DNA of 64,000 nt. Source: Patescibacteria group bacterium. Lineage in GTDB: Bacteria; Patescibacteriota; Microgenomatia; 0-14-0-10-38-17. Location: the NCBI GenBank assembly GCA_050947035.1, contig JBMNVW010000004.1, positions 22,433-86,432 on the forward strand. The letters are read 5' to 3'. A program made the translations under genes and the position numbers. Positions 1-10,380 of this stretch are shown in pieces. Numbering within the stretch: position 1 is the stretch's first letter; every line of letters begins with the position of its first letter. A model generated the notes under the pieces. The model saw only the letters and a list, made by a program, of their open reading frames with translations. It searched no databases and was not told the DNA's origin.

Positions 1-46
1 AAAGTTCTCCTAAAGAAGATAGCCAATGAAGAAAGCTTATTAATAA

Positions 47-277
47 TTAAAAGTTTAACTGTAAAAAAACAGACTGATCTTCTTTTTGGGCCTTAATATT
101 GACCAGACTTCTTAAGGCCTGTATTACTCGACCATTCTTGCCAATTATTTTACCCCGGTCCTCTTCAGCAACATCAACTAAATAAACCCTTCCCCTCTCC
201 TCTTCTTGCTCTTCGATGGCAATTGCCTCTGGCTGGTCTACAATATTGGTAATAAGAAATTTAATAAATTCTTCCAT
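47..277 (-). CDS. khpA: KH-domain RNA-binding protein KhpA
   Basis: GKIIGKNGRVIQALR KH motif; directly downstream of rpsP, the conserved arrangement. Confidence 0.9.
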   Translation of the reverse strand: MEEFIKFLITNIVDQPEAIAIEEQEEERGRVYLVDVAEEDRGKIIGKNGRVIQALRSLVNIKAQKEDQSVFLQLNF

Positions 278-280
278 ATT

Positions 281-325
281 ATTTCAAGATTGGCAAAAAC
301 CACAGGCTTTGCCCGTGGAGTCTAT
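281..325. repeat. ~45-bp intergenic repeat, copy 1 (IS200/IS605-end-like palindrome)
   Basis: ATTTCAAGATTGGCAAAAACCACAGGCTTTGCCCGTGG-AGTCTAT, near-identical to 1706-1751. Confidence 0.8.
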
Positions 326-549
326 TTTTTTAATATTTTTCTAACCGGGTCGGTCATTTGAGCTCCCCTTTGACACCAGTATTGAAGGCGTTTTCTATTA
401 ATTTTTAGTTGGTTTTTTTCCGCTCGAGGATTATAGTGGCCAATTTTTTCTACTGCCTTACCGTCTCGCTTACTGCGGGCCTCAGCCACGACGACTCGAT
501 AGCTTCGTTGGTGTTTTTTACCGACTTGGCTTAATTTTATTTTTAGCAT
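322..549 (-). CDS. rpsP: 30S ribosomal protein S16
   Basis: MLKIKL..GKKHQRSYRVVV..RDGK..E.IGHYNP..GAQ.T signature. Confidence 0.97.
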   Translation of the reverse strand: MLKIKLSQVGKKHQRSYRVVVAEARSKRDGKAVEKIGHYNPRAEKNQLKINRKRLQYWCQRGAQMTDPVRKILKK

Positions 550-629
550 AAGGTAAAGTGTATTCTATCACAGCCTGATTTAAGGGTAAAGAAAATTTCC
601 CCATTTGGGCCCTTTAATTACTATAGGGT

Positions 630-1319
630 TTAGGTTTTTAGTTTTTTTAGAGCTTTTTGGGCGGCTTGTTGTTGAGCTTTTTGTTTTGAAAGGCCCTGGC
701 CCTGGGTAATTTTTTTATTAGCAACAAAAACGCCAACAGAAAAAATTCGGTTATGATCGGGGCCTTGGCTTTTTAGAAGCCGATATTCGGGGGTAACTTG
801 ATATTTTTCTTGAACGAACTCTTGAAGCCTACTTTTATAGTCTTTTAGAGTTTTTTTCTTAGCTACAGTCTTAATTCGAGGTAAAACGTTTTTTTCTAAA
901 AACTTTTCAGTTTTTTTTAAACCTTGATCTTGGAAGATGGCCCCAATTAGAGCTTCAAAGGTATCAGCTAATAAGCCCTGATTTTTTCTGCCCCCCTCCT
1001 TTCCTTCGCCGACAGAAAGGAGTAAAAATTGACCCAAGGAAAGTTTTTGAGCAATTTTGGCAAGAGATAAAGTATAAACAACTTGAGAGCGGAAATTAGT
1101 TAATAAACCTTCGGGATAATCAGGGAATTGATTAAAAATAACCCTGGAGACCCAAAACTCTAAAATAGCATCGCCTAAAAATTCTAACCTTTCATTGGAA
1201 GATAACTTTTCTTCTGGCTTTTCGTTTAGATAAGAGCGGTGAGTAAAGGCCCGTTTAAGGATGTCTTTATTATTAAAAACAACACCGATTGTTTTTTCAA
1301 TTTTTTGCGAATTAAACAT
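630..1319 (-). CDS. rnc: Ribonuclease III
   Basis: AFTHRS, NERLEFLGDAIL, ADTFEALIGAI, C-terminal dsRBD (DYKSRLQE). Confidence 0.97.
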   Translation of the reverse strand: MFNSQKIEKTIGVVFNNKDILKRAFTHRSYLNEKPEEKLSSNERLEFLGDAILEFWVSRVIFNQFPDYPEGLLTNFRSQVVYTLSLAKIAQKLSLGQFLLLSVGEGKEGGRKNQGLLADTFEALIGAIFQDQGLKKTEKFLEKNVLPRIKTVAKKKTLKDYKSRLQEFVQEKYQVTPEYRLLKSQGPDHNRIFSVGVFVANKKITQGQGLSKQKAQQQAAQKALKKLKT

Positions 1320-1326
1320 AAGATTT

Positions 1327-1707
1327 TTAATTTTTAATTGTCAATTTTGAATTATTGACGATTGCCCCCAGGGCGCCATTAATAAATCCGGGCGATTTTT
1401 CTGAACCAAATTCTTTGGCTAATTCAATCGCCTCGTCAATAATTACTTTGATTGGTTCTTTTTTTTCGATTAATAATTCAAAAACCGCCAATCTTAAAAT
1501 AGCCAGATCGATTCGGTTTAGTCGTTCTAAGGGAAATTCTGGGGCAGCTTTGACAATTTTTTTGTCGATTTTTGCCAGTTGATCAACAATGGGCTTAATA
1601 AGATTGTTTTGACTAATTTTTGGGTTTTTTCCTTGAAAAGAATAAGCAAATAACCTTTTGACAAGTTTTTGTCGTTGTTGGTGACGTGGGTCGCGGCGAG
1701 TTTTCAT
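1327..1707 (-). CDS. nusB: Transcription antitermination factor NusB
   Basis: IDLAILRLAVFE..VIIDEAIELAKEFG..FINGALG. Confidence 0.95.
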   Translation of the reverse strand: MKTRRDPRHQQRQKLVKRLFAYSFQGKNPKISQNNLIKPIVDQLAKIDKKIVKAAPEFPLERLNRIDLAILRLAVFELLIEKKEPIKVIIDEAIELAKEFGSEKSPGFINGALGAIVNNSKLTIKN

Positions 1708-1751
1708 TTCAAGATTGGCAAAAACTACAAGCTTTGCCCGTGGGAATCTAT
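1706..1751. repeat. ~45-bp intergenic repeat, copy 2
   Basis: ATTTCAAGATTGGCAAAAACTACAAGCTTTGCCCGTGGGAATCTAT, near-identical to 281-325. Confidence 0.8.
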
Positions 1752-1796
1752 AAACAAAAGTTATTGTCAGTCATGAAAGATTAAAAAAAGTTTTGA

Positions 1797-1979
1797 CTAT
1801 TTTTCAACCTCGACTACTGGCATATTTTTATAATAACCACAATGAAGACAAACGCGATGGGTCTCTTTCGGTTGTTGACAATTAGAACAAAGCACCGTTT
1901 TTGGGGCCTTGATTTTAATTGCCGCCCTTCTTTTACCTTGACGATAATGGGATATTTTTCTCTTAGGTAAAGCAGTCAT
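1797..1979 (-). CDS. rpmF: 50S ribosomal protein L32
   Basis: ALPKRKIS..RR; CxxC..HRVCxxCGYY zinc ribbon. Confidence 0.96.
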   Translation of the reverse strand: MTALPKRKISHYRQGKRRAAIKIKAPKTVLCSNCQQPKETHRVCLHCGYYKNMPVVEVEK

Positions 1980-2148
1980 ATTTGTAATTTACAATTCCCA
2001 ATTTTCAATTTCCAATAAATAACCAATGTTTTAATTTAGAATGAAAATTTAATAATTTAAAAATTCATTGGAAAATTGCTTGTCCGCAACGCCGAGCAAG
2101 CTTGTCTTGCATGGCGAACAGGGTCGGTTGAAAAATTGAGAATTATCT

Positions 2149-4167
2149 TTAGTTTGGTTCTACCTGGCCTATTTTATCCTCTTCCAGCCTTTTTTTCAAG
2201 CTGTCAGGCATCTTTTCTCTTTTTATTAACCACTTGGCCCAGGTTTTAGTTTTTTCTACTAGCCGATAATCAGTTAAATTAGCCAATTTAAATTCTGGAA
2301 AACCATGTTGGGCGGTGCCAAAAACTTCCCCTGGTCCCCTCTCCTTAAGATCTAGTTTAGCCAGCTTAATGCCTAAATTAGTTTTTTCTAAAATTTTTAA
2401 TCGTCGATAACTTTTTTTACCCGAACTGGTGGGGGCAAATAACAAGCAATAAGATTGCCGATTGTTTCGGCCAATGCGGCCACGTAATTGATGAATTTGC
2501 GCTAAGCCAAAACGATTGGCCCCCTCAACAACCATAATTGTGGCTCCGGGAATATCCAGGCCGACTTCAACTATCGAGGTGGCGACTAGAATATCAATTC
2601 TACCCAGGGAGAATTTTTTGATAATTTGATTTTTTTTATTACTTTTAATTTGGCCATGGATTAGAGCAAGATTAAAATCAGCAAAAACAGTTTTTTTTAA
2701 TTTTTTGTATTCGGATACGGCGGCTTTGACGTCTTTCATGGTTTCATGTTTTGATTCCTCGATTAAAGGATAAATTATAAAAACCTGAGCTTTGTTTTTT
2801 TGGATTTGTTTTTTTATCCAATCGTAGGCCGAAGAGCGCTTTTTTTCTGGGACTAGCCAGGTTTTAGCCGGTTTTCTATTTTTGGGCATTTGATTAAGAA
2901 AAGATAGATCAAGATTGCCATGAAGTACCAGGGCGACACTCCTAGGGATGGGGGTGGCCGTCATAGTTAGTACGTGTGGGAAAAGCCGATTGCCGGTTTT
3001 GATTAAAGCCGATCTTTGCTTAACGCCAAAACGATGTTGCTCATCAATAACGACTAAGCCAATATCTTCTGGCAGTTTTTTCTTAAAAAGAAGAGCGTGC
3101 GTACCAATCAGAATGTCGGCTTGGTTAAGATTTTTTTGATAAGTTCCAGTTTGGAGACCGATTTTGATTTTTTCCGGCAAGAACTTCTTGAAAGTATCGT
3201 AATGCTGTTTGGCCAAAATTTCTGTGGGAGCCATAACCAGGGTTTTTAATTGGTTCTGCCAGGCAGTAAAGGCGGCAATTATGGCGATGATAGTTTTACC
3301 ACTACCCACATCACCGCACAATAACTGGTTCATGGCCACATTTTTTTCTAGGCTCTCAAGGGTTTTTTTGATAATTTTTTCTTGAGCGCCGGTTAGCTTG
3401 AAAGGAAGCTGATTAATAAGCCTCCTAATGGCTGTTTTTTTAGCTTTTATTTTGGGAGCCGGACGCTGTTTTTGCCAAGACATTTTCTTGATTTGGGCCT
3501 TTACTTGAGGTAAAAATAGTTCGTCAAAGGCTAATCTTTTTTGAGCGGCTAAATAATCAGTCTTTTTTGGGGGGAAATGAATTTTTTTTAGCGCTTCCTG
3601 ATAGGACAAAAGTCCTTCTTGATCTAAAATTTTTCTAGGTAAAAATTCCTTCAAGGGAATCTTGAGAGCAGTTTTAATACGGGATCGCAGCCATTTAGAA
3701 GAAACACCTTTGGTTTCCGGATAAACGGCGACAATTTGGCCGGTATGAATTGGGGGTCGATTGGGTAAAATAATTTCGAATTCGGGGCTAGTGATGATTT
3801 TTTGTGAGCCAAAAGTTTCGATAACTCCTGACAAGCTGACCCTGGTTCCCCTTTTAAAATTGTTTAATAAAAAAGGTTGATTAAACCAGGTTGCTTTAAC
3901 TTGGCCAGTTTCGTCAGTAATTGTTGCTTTTTGTAAGCTTTTGCCTTGAGATCGGTATTGGTTAGAGATGGCGGTTATTGTTCCTTGAATAGTGACAGTC
4001 TCTTGAGGCTTGGCAAAAGCAATTTTAACAATTTGGGAAAAATCTTGATAATGGTCAGGATAGTGATGCAGTAGGTCGTAAACAGAACTGATTTTTAATT
4101 TAGCTAGTCTTTTAGTATATATTTTGCCTATTCCGGGAAGTTTATTAACCGGATCAGAGGGTTTCAT
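2149..4167 (-). CDS. recG: ATP-dependent DNA helicase RecG
   Basis: Wedge/OB domain, GDVGSGKT, DEQHRFG, MTATPIPR, QLRGRIGR, RGPGE. Confidence 0.97.
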   Translation of the reverse strand: MKPSDPVNKLPGIGKIYTKRLAKLKISSVYDLLHHYPDHYQDFSQIVKIAFAKPQETVTIQGTITAISNQYRSQGKSLQKATITDETGQVKATWFNQPFLLNNFKRGTRVSLSGVIETFGSQKIITSPEFEIILPNRPPIHTGQIVAVYPETKGVSSKWLRSRIKTALKIPLKEFLPRKILDQEGLLSYQEALKKIHFPPKKTDYLAAQKRLAFDELFLPQVKAQIKKMSWQKQRPAPKIKAKKTAIRRLINQLPFKLTGAQEKIIKKTLESLEKNVAMNQLLCGDVGSGKTIIAIIAAFTAWQNQLKTLVMAPTEILAKQHYDTFKKFLPEKIKIGLQTGTYQKNLNQADILIGTHALLFKKKLPEDIGLVVIDEQHRFGVKQRSALIKTGNRLFPHVLTMTATPIPRSVALVLHGNLDLSFLNQMPKNRKPAKTWLVPEKKRSSAYDWIKKQIQKNKAQVFIIYPLIEESKHETMKDVKAAVSEYKKLKKTVFADFNLALIHGQIKSNKKNQIIKKFSLGRIDILVATSIVEVGLDIPGATIMVVEGANRFGLAQIHQLRGRIGRNNRQSYCLLFAPTSSGKKSYRRLKILEKTNLGIKLAKLDLKERGPGEVFGTAQHGFPEFKLANLTDYRLVEKTKTWAKWLIKREKMPDSLKKRLEEDKIGQVEPN

Positions 4168-4178
4168 AAAAAATGTTT

Positions 4179-4280
4179 TTAACCAAAAAAGATAGCCAGG
4201 AAAGGAACAAGAGAAGTTAAAATCATGGCGACTGAGGCAATGATAACAACAATTTTTATAAGCTTCTTTTTCTTTTTCAT
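4179..4280 (-). CDS. Small single-pass membrane protein (33 aa), not in ORF track
   Basis: MKKKKKLIKIVVIIASVAMILTSLVPFLAIFFG*; TATAAT 7 nt upstream of ATG; ends 11 nt before recG start. Confidence 0.65.
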   Translation of the reverse strand: MKKKKKLIKIVVIIASVAMILTSLVPFLAIFFG

Positions 4281-4439
4281 CGCTATTATTATAGCCAAAA
4301 TTGGACCGTTGAGCAAAGTTTCCACCTTAGTCGCTTTCACCTTTAAGGTGTAGACTGGAAGGTGTAAGTAGTTGTTTTCTTGCCTCCTCTCCCCTTTTCA
4401 GTTAAACTTAAGGGTAGTTAAAATGTCTCTTGAGTTTTT

Positions 4440-7067
4440 ATGAATTGGTGGCAAATATTTAAGCGACGCTTAAACCAGCTTAAAAGAAAACGATCAGGTT
4501 ATCGAAGGCGAAAGAAAATAACTCCTCAAAAAGCTCTTTTGATTTTGGGAATTAGTGGAGCAATTCTTTTGCTGGCTTTATTTTTAACTATAATTTGGTT
4601 TGCTCGTGATTTGCCCCAACCGGGACAAGTAGTTCGTCGGGAAGGTTTTACCACCCGGGTTTTTGATCGAAATGGCGAGGTTATTTATGATATTTTTCAA
4701 GAACAAAAACGTAGTCCGATTACCTTTGAACAATTGCCGGAAAACCTAATTCAGGCCACAATTGCCATTGAAGACAAAGACTTTTATCATCATAAAGGGT
4801 TTTATCTTCCCGGTATTTTTCGTGGTCTTTATCGAACTGTTTTTGAGCGCAATGTTCAGGGTGGCTCGACCCTAACTCAGCAGTTGGTAAAAAATGTTTT
4901 GCTTACTCCCCAAAGAACAATTGTAAGAAAAGCTAAAGAATTTTTATTGGCTATTCAGATTGAGACCCGGTTTTCTAAAGATCAAATTTTAACGATGTAT
5001 CTTAATGAAGCTCCCTATGGGGGAACGGCTTGGGGAGTGGGCACTGCCGCTGAACTTTATTTTGGTAAATCAGTTGACCAACTATCTTTGGTTGAGTCGG
5101 CAATTTTGGCTGGCCTTCCTCAGCGGCCAACGACTTATTCTCCCTTTGGCACCGAACCGGAGGCTTATATTGCCCGAACCAAGCATGTTTTAAGGCGAAT
5201 GAGAGAAGATGGTTATATTAGTGTTGATGAAGAAGAGCAAGCTTTGGAAGAATTGGATCAAGTTGTTTTTTCTGATACTTCCTCGGAGTTTTTGGCCCCT
5301 CACTTTGTTATGTATGTTAAGAAACAATTAATTGAGCGTTATGGCGAGGCCATGGTTGAGGGCGGGGGTTTGAGAGTAACAACAACTCTAGATTTAGATT
5401 TACAGGAACTAGCCGAAGAAACAGTTGAAGAACAAATGGAAACAATGGCCCAATATAAAATTGGCAACACCGGCGTAGTTGTTCTTGATCCCCAAACTGG
5501 AGAAATTTTGGCAATGATTGGTTCTAAAGATTATAACGAGCCCAATTTTGGTAAGTTTAATACCACCACCGCTTTAAGACAGCCTGGCTCTTCGATTAAG
5601 CCTATTACCTATGTTACGGCCCTAAAAAGAGGCTATACTGCCGCCCACGTTTTATTTGATTGCTTAACTGATTTTCCTGGAGCCACGGCCCAAAAGCCAT
5701 ATCGGCCCACTAATTATGATCATACTTATCATGGACCAATGCAGGTGCGCTTTGCCTTAGGCAATTCCAAGAATGTCCCGGCCGTAAAAATGCTGGCCCA
5801 GGTGGGTTTGAAAAATATGCTTCAAACTGCCTATGATTTAGGTTTATCGACCCTGGAACCAACTAGTCGGAATTTGTCTCGTCTTGGTTTGTCAGTAACT
5901 CTGGGTGGTGGCGAAGTTCGACTTTTAGAAATGGTTGGGGCTTATTCGGCTTTTGCCAATACCGGTTTGAAGGTCGAGCCAGTAGCAATTTTAAGAGTTG
6001 CTGATCGAGATGGCAAGATTTTAGATGAATTTGAGCCTCGATCAGGGAGAAGGATTTTAAAAGAAGGTGAGGCCTTCATTATTTCTGATATTTTAGCTGA
6101 TAATAAGGCTCGAGAGATTGTTTTTGGCCCCAACTCTTCTCTAAACATTGCTAATCGAAAGGTGGCGGTAAAAACCGGAACAACCAATGATATGCGTGAT
6201 AATTGGGCTATTGGTTGGACCCCACAAGCAATAGTGGGGGTTTGGGTGGGTAATAATGATAATTCTCCCATGAGCTATGTTGCTTCTGGCTTCGCTGGTG
6301 CCTCACCTATTTGGCGAAAAATTATGCTTGAGACAATTGCCAAATATCCGGGGGAAGATTTTGCTGTTCCTGATTCGGTAATCAAAGAGGAAATTGATCA
6401 AGTTTCTGGGGCCCTAGCCCATGATGGTTTTCCTTCTCGGGAGGAATATTTTATCAAGGGAACCGAACCGACCGGTGAGGACAAAATGCATGTTTTGCTA
6501 AAGGTTTGTCGAGAGGAAAATAAATTAGCTACTCCCCTAGACATTGAACGAGGCAATTATGAGGAAAAAGAATTTATTATTGCCGAAGAAGAAGATCCTT
6601 ATGGCTCGACTAATAATCGTTGGCAGGTTGGTATTGATGCTTGGATTGGGGAGCAGGACGACCCCCGTTATCGGGTACCAACAGAATATTGTGATGGTGA
6701 TAGCCAGGTGGGAGTTAGAATTCGGGAACCGAAAGACGAAACCACTGTTGATAATGAATTTAAGGTCAGGGTTCGACCCCTATCAGTTAATGATATTGAC
6801 TGGGTAAAAATTTATGTTGATGGACAAGAAAAACAAACTTTAACAAAAGATCCTTGGGAAGTTCGTTTGGTTTTATCTGATGGCCCTTACAAAATTAAGG
6901 CCAAGATGAGAGATTCGGCCGGCAAAGAGGCGGAAGCCGAAGTTAGAATTGGTGTTAATGTTGATTGGGATTGGGAGCCTGAGCCGACAGCAACTCCAAC
7001 GTCCATGATAACTGAAGAGATTGAGCCAACCCCTACTCTTGAGCCAGAAGATGACGAGACAGATTAG
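4440..7067 (+). CDS. Class A penicillin-binding protein (transglycosylase/transpeptidase) with C-terminal Ig-like domain
   Basis: EDKDFY.H.G, GGSTLTQQLVKN, YLN; SxxK (GSSIKP), SxN (NSKNVPAV), KTGTT. Confidence 0.93.
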   Translation: MNWWQIFKRRLNQLKRKRSGYRRRKKITPQKALLILGISGAILLLALFLTIIWFARDLPQPGQVVRREGFTTRVFDRNGEVIYDIFQEQKRSPITFEQLPENLIQATIAIEDKDFYHHKGFYLPGIFRGLYRTVFERNVQGGSTLTQQLVKNVLLTPQRTIVRKAKEFLLAIQIETRFSKDQILTMYLNEAPYGGTAWGVGTAAELYFGKSVDQLSLVESAILAGLPQRPTTYSPFGTEPEAYIARTKHVLRRMREDGYISVDEEEQALEELDQVVFSDTSSEFLAPHFVMYVKKQLIERYGEAMVEGGGLRVTTTLDLDLQELAEETVEEQMETMAQYKIGNTGVVVLDPQTGEILAMIGSKDYNEPNFGKFNTTTALRQPGSSIKPITYVTALKRGYTAAHVLFDCLTDFPGATAQKPYRPTNYDHTYHGPMQVRFALGNSKNVPAVKMLAQVGLKNMLQTAYDLGLSTLEPTSRNLSRLGLSVTLGGGEVRLLEMVGAYSAFANTGLKVEPVAILRVADRDGKILDEFEPRSGRRILKEGEAFIISDILADNKAREIVFGPNSSLNIANRKVAVKTGTTNDMRDNWAIGWTPQAIVGVWVGNNDNSPMSYVASGFAGASPIWRKIMLETIAKYPGEDFAVPDSVIKEEIDQVSGALAHDGFPSREEYFIKGTEPTGEDKMHVLLKVCREENKLATPLDIERGNYEEKEFIIAEEEDPYGSTNNRWQVGIDAWIGEQDDPRYRVPTEYCDGDSQVGVRIREPKDETTVDNEFKVRVRPLSVNDIDWVKIYVDGQEKQTLTKDPWEVRLVLSDGPYKIKAKMRDSAGKEAEAEVRIGVNVDWDWEPEPTATPTSMITEEIEPTPTLEPEDDETD

Positions 7068-7069
7068 TG

Positions 7070-8980
7070 TTAGTGGTTTGATTTTAGGTTAAAAATTTTT
7101 CGATGGATTTTTTTGGCTTTTTTAGTTGAACAATTATGATAAAAAGCCCGAAGAGTATATTTGTATTTTTCTTTGTCTTGATAAACATCCAAAACAACCA
7201 ATTGCCATAAAAATTTTGGATCAAATTGATTTTGGTATTTTTTAATTAATTTTTTCGGGTCCTTTTTTTCTTTAAAAAATAGATTAGCATCAAGGTCAAT
7301 TATTTGCTTTGTTAACTCTTTGGCGGAATGGTCTTTCAGTTGAGGTGGTTTTTGAAGGCTAATTTTAGGGATTTTTTCTAGAGATTTGCTTATTTTGTTA
7401 AGGTCTATTTCTACCATTGCCCCGTTTTTAACCTCTAAAAAAGTTTCCTTTTTGGTTTTTAATAAGCCCAAATCATGATAAAAAATTTTAATTCTTTTGG
7501 CTAGTCTTTTAGGGTCTTGGTCAAAAACACCTAAAGACCAGCGCTCCCGGTATTTATCCCCATCTTGATAGAAAATTTTACCAATCTCAAAAAAACGTTT
7601 TTGGGGAACTTTTAGTTTTTGATATTGTTGGCTTTGGACTTTTAGACAAGAACAAATTGAGGCTCGCAATAGGGGATATCGATTGTTAATATTATTTTCG
7701 GTGTAAACAGGCTTGGCCTCTTTTGGTAAGAAATCGGCTTTTAGAAATTGGTTTTTTTTGATTAATGGCCAAGAGCGAACCTCATCATAACCCAAATTAA
7801 CCAAGGTGTTTTTGGCCGCTTCAATTAAATGAAGCACTGGAGGAGTGATTTCTGGTAAAATCTTGGCCGAAATCGGTTGATTGGTGGGAATATTTTGATA
7901 GCCCCAAAAACGAATTACCTCTTCGGCCAAATCTTCTTCTAGCTCTAGATCGGTTCGATAAGAGGGGGGGGTTACTAGCCAAACTTCTTTTTGTCGGTGA
8001 TTAACTAAACAACCTAAAGACTGAAAAATTTTTAAGCAAAATCGGCTTTTAATATCTACTCCGGCAATGAGACTAGGGGCTTGAGGATGGAATTTAATTT
8101 GCTTTTTGTTTTGGGGTTTTTTTTCTTTGGGATAGTAGCTATAAACAGAGCTGATGATTTGCCCCTGGCAATTGGCTAAAATTAAATTTATTAAATGACT
8201 AAAAGCCGGAGGAACAAGGCCAAGATCCAATTTTTTTTCTAATCTTAAACTGGCCTCAGTGATTACTTTTAGATTTTTAGAATCTTCTCTTACCTTGGTA
8301 GGATTGTAAATGGCCATTTCAATAATCGCCTCTTTGGTATCAAGGCCAACTCCGGAATTTTTGCCGCCGACAATGCCCGCCAAACTCAAAACTTCTTTTT
8401 GGTTGCTGATTTGCAAGGTGTCTCTTTTTAAGGTAATTTTGCTACCGTCGAAACTAGTAAATTGGGCAAACTTACCCTGATTAAGTTCCCAAATAAGATT
8501 ATCAGTTGACTTTTGGGCATCGAAAGCATGATTGGGAATACCCCAAAGAAGCATGACGTAATTGGTTAGATCAACTAAAGTGTTAATAGAGCTGATGTCG
8601 TGAAGCTTTAGAAATTTTTTTAACCAGTCGGGAGAAGGTCGGTTTTCCAAAGAACCCATCTTTATTGCCATAATTCTTTTTACTTGATTTTTAGCCTTAA
8701 CCCGAAGAGGAAGTTTTTTTGAAGTCGTAATGGCCGGTAGAGTTTTTTGGGGGCTTTTAAAGGTTAAGTCATAAAGAGTAGCCAGGTCTTTGGCAATGCC
8801 CCAATAGCCTAGGCAATCAGCCCGGTTTTGCCTAATTTCTAAACTAATAACAATCTCTCCATCCTTATTTTCTATTTCTTCAACGAAATGGCCAATTAAA
8901 GTTAGATCTTGGGCCAGTTTTTCTACTGGCTGATTAAGATCAGGAAGCAGTTTTTTTAGCTTTGAGTAAACAATTTTCAT
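7070..8980 (-). CDS. pheT: Phenylalanine-tRNA ligase beta subunit (shortened, no B2 OB domain)
   Basis: NRADCLG..GIA, B3/4 region (LVDLTNYVML), PPSYRTDL..EEDLAEEVIR; overlaps pheS stop. Confidence 0.92.
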   Translation of the reverse strand: MKIVYSKLKKLLPDLNQPVEKLAQDLTLIGHFVEEIENKDGEIVISLEIRQNRADCLGYWGIAKDLATLYDLTFKSPQKTLPAITTSKKLPLRVKAKNQVKRIMAIKMGSLENRPSPDWLKKFLKLHDISSINTLVDLTNYVMLLWGIPNHAFDAQKSTDNLIWELNQGKFAQFTSFDGSKITLKRDTLQISNQKEVLSLAGIVGGKNSGVGLDTKEAIIEMAIYNPTKVREDSKNLKVITEASLRLEKKLDLGLVPPAFSHLINLILANCQGQIISSVYSYYPKEKKPQNKKQIKFHPQAPSLIAGVDIKSRFCLKIFQSLGCLVNHRQKEVWLVTPPSYRTDLELEEDLAEEVIRFWGYQNIPTNQPISAKILPEITPPVLHLIEAAKNTLVNLGYDEVRSWPLIKKNQFLKADFLPKEAKPVYTENNINNRYPLLRASICSCLKVQSQQYQKLKVPQKRFFEIGKIFYQDGDKYRERWSLGVFDQDPKRLAKRIKIFYHDLGLLKTKKETFLEVKNGAMVEIDLNKISKSLEKIPKISLQKPPQLKDHSAKELTKQIIDLDANLFFKEKKDPKKLIKKYQNQFDPKFLWQLVVLDVYQDKEKYKYTLRAFYHNCSTKKAKKIHRKIFNLKSNH

Positions 8981-9981
8981 GGTTGGTTTGGTTTGTAGGC
9001 TAAATTTCCTCCTAACAAAGTTCTAATATCGTCAATTTTATATTTGGCCATTACCCAACGGTCTAAGCCTAAACCAAAAGCAAAGCCCCGCCAGGATTTG
9101 GGATCAATGCCGGCCATTGATAATACTTTAGGGTGGATAATGCCGGCTCCACCCATTTCAATCCAGCCAGTTCCTTTGCATAAAGAGCAGCCTTTTCCTT
9201 GACAAGAGAAACAACGGATATCTAAGCCCAGGCCTGGTTCTACCTCGGGGTAATATTTACAACGATAGCGGACAACAACTTTTTTCCCATAAAGTTTTTT
9301 AAAAAGAGCATCAAGGGTGCCGATCAAATCTTTCATGGTGATATTATTATCAACGGCCACGGCCTGGTAATGATGGAAAATAAAGTGGTTGCTTTTATTG
9401 ACTTTTTCGTTACGATAAACTCGAGCGGCAAAAGCGGCCTTAAAAGGGGGGGGTTCTTTTTCTAATAACCTAGTTTCGATAGCTGATGCTTGAGTCCGCA
9501 ACAGCATTTTTGGTTCTTTAATATAAATAGTGTCTTGCATATCACGGGCTGGGTGATTGGGGGGAACATTGAGGCGCTGAAAACAATATTCGTCAGTCTC
9601 AATTTCTGGCCCCTCATAAGTCGAAAACCCCAAACTTTTAAAGAAATTATCAATTTCATTAGTGGTGATAGTGATGGGATGAAGATGGCCCAGTTTAGGT
9701 AAGAGGTAGTGGATTTTTTCTTTATCTTTGACTAATTTTGAAGTTGGCTTAAGTTGTTTCTGTTTTGTTTTAATGAGTTTTTCTAGTTTTTCCTTGGCTA
9801 AATTAAGATTTTTCCCTAGGGTCTTTTTTTCTTCAATCGGCAGCTTATTAATTTTATTAAATTGTTGATTAATTAGGCCCTTGCGACCCAAAAATCTAAC
9901 CCTAACTCTTTCTAGTTGAGAAGGAGTTTTTGCTTCTTTAATTTTTTCTTGAGCTGAATTTAAGATTTTAGTGAGGTTCAT
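8977..9981 (-). CDS. pheS: Phenylalanine-tRNA ligase alpha subunit
   Basis: HPARDMQDT, LLRTQ, GFAFGLGLDR; CxxC..CxxC insert; ATG at 9981 (TTG alternative 9987). Confidence 0.96.
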   Translation of the reverse strand: MNLTKILNSAQEKIKEAKTPSQLERVRVRFLGRKGLINQQFNKINKLPIEEKKTLGKNLNLAKEKLEKLIKTKQKQLKPTSKLVKDKEKIHYLLPKLGHLHPITITTNEIDNFFKSLGFSTYEGPEIETDEYCFQRLNVPPNHPARDMQDTIYIKEPKMLLRTQASAIETRLLEKEPPPFKAAFAARVYRNEKVNKSNHFIFHHYQAVAVDNNITMKDLIGTLDALFKKLYGKKVVVRYRCKYYPEVEPGLGLDIRCFSCQGKGCSLCKGTGWIEMGGAGIIHPKVLSMAGIDPKSWRGFAFGLGLDRWVMAKYKIDDIRTLLGGNLAYKPNQP

Positions 9982-10029
9982 TATCAACTAAGCTGAGCCA
10001 ATTAGAAGAAAAACAGGCCTTTTGACTAG

Positions 10030-10380
10030 TTATTTTTTTTCTTGGACTTTGTTAACAACTTGAGCAAAAACCTCCGGTTTTTCAACAGCCAGGTTGGCCA
10101 GTATTTTCCTATTCAAGCCAATATCGGCCTTTTTGAGCAAGTTAATGAAATTAGAATAACTTAAATTATGATCGGTTAGGGCGGCGTTAATTCGACTAAT
10201 CCAAAGTTTTCTAAAATTTCTTTTTTTTTGTTTTCGGCCGATAAAAGCATATTGGCCAGCATGAAGTTGAGCCTCATGGGCCACTTTGAAGAGCTTGCTT
10301 TTAGTTAAGCGGTAGCCCTTGGTAGCTTTTAGGGTTTTTTTGTGTTTTTCTCTTCTGGTGGGACCAGTTTTAACTCTCAT
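10030..10380 (-). CDS. rplT: 50S ribosomal protein L20
   Basis: [34 protein letters not shown]. Confidence 0.97.
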   Translation of the reverse strand: MRVKTGPTRREKHKKTLKATKGYRLTKSKLFKVAHEAQLHAGQYAFIGRKQKKRNFRKLWISRINAALTDHNLSYSNFINLLKKADIGLNRKILANLAVEKPEVFAQVVNKVQEKK

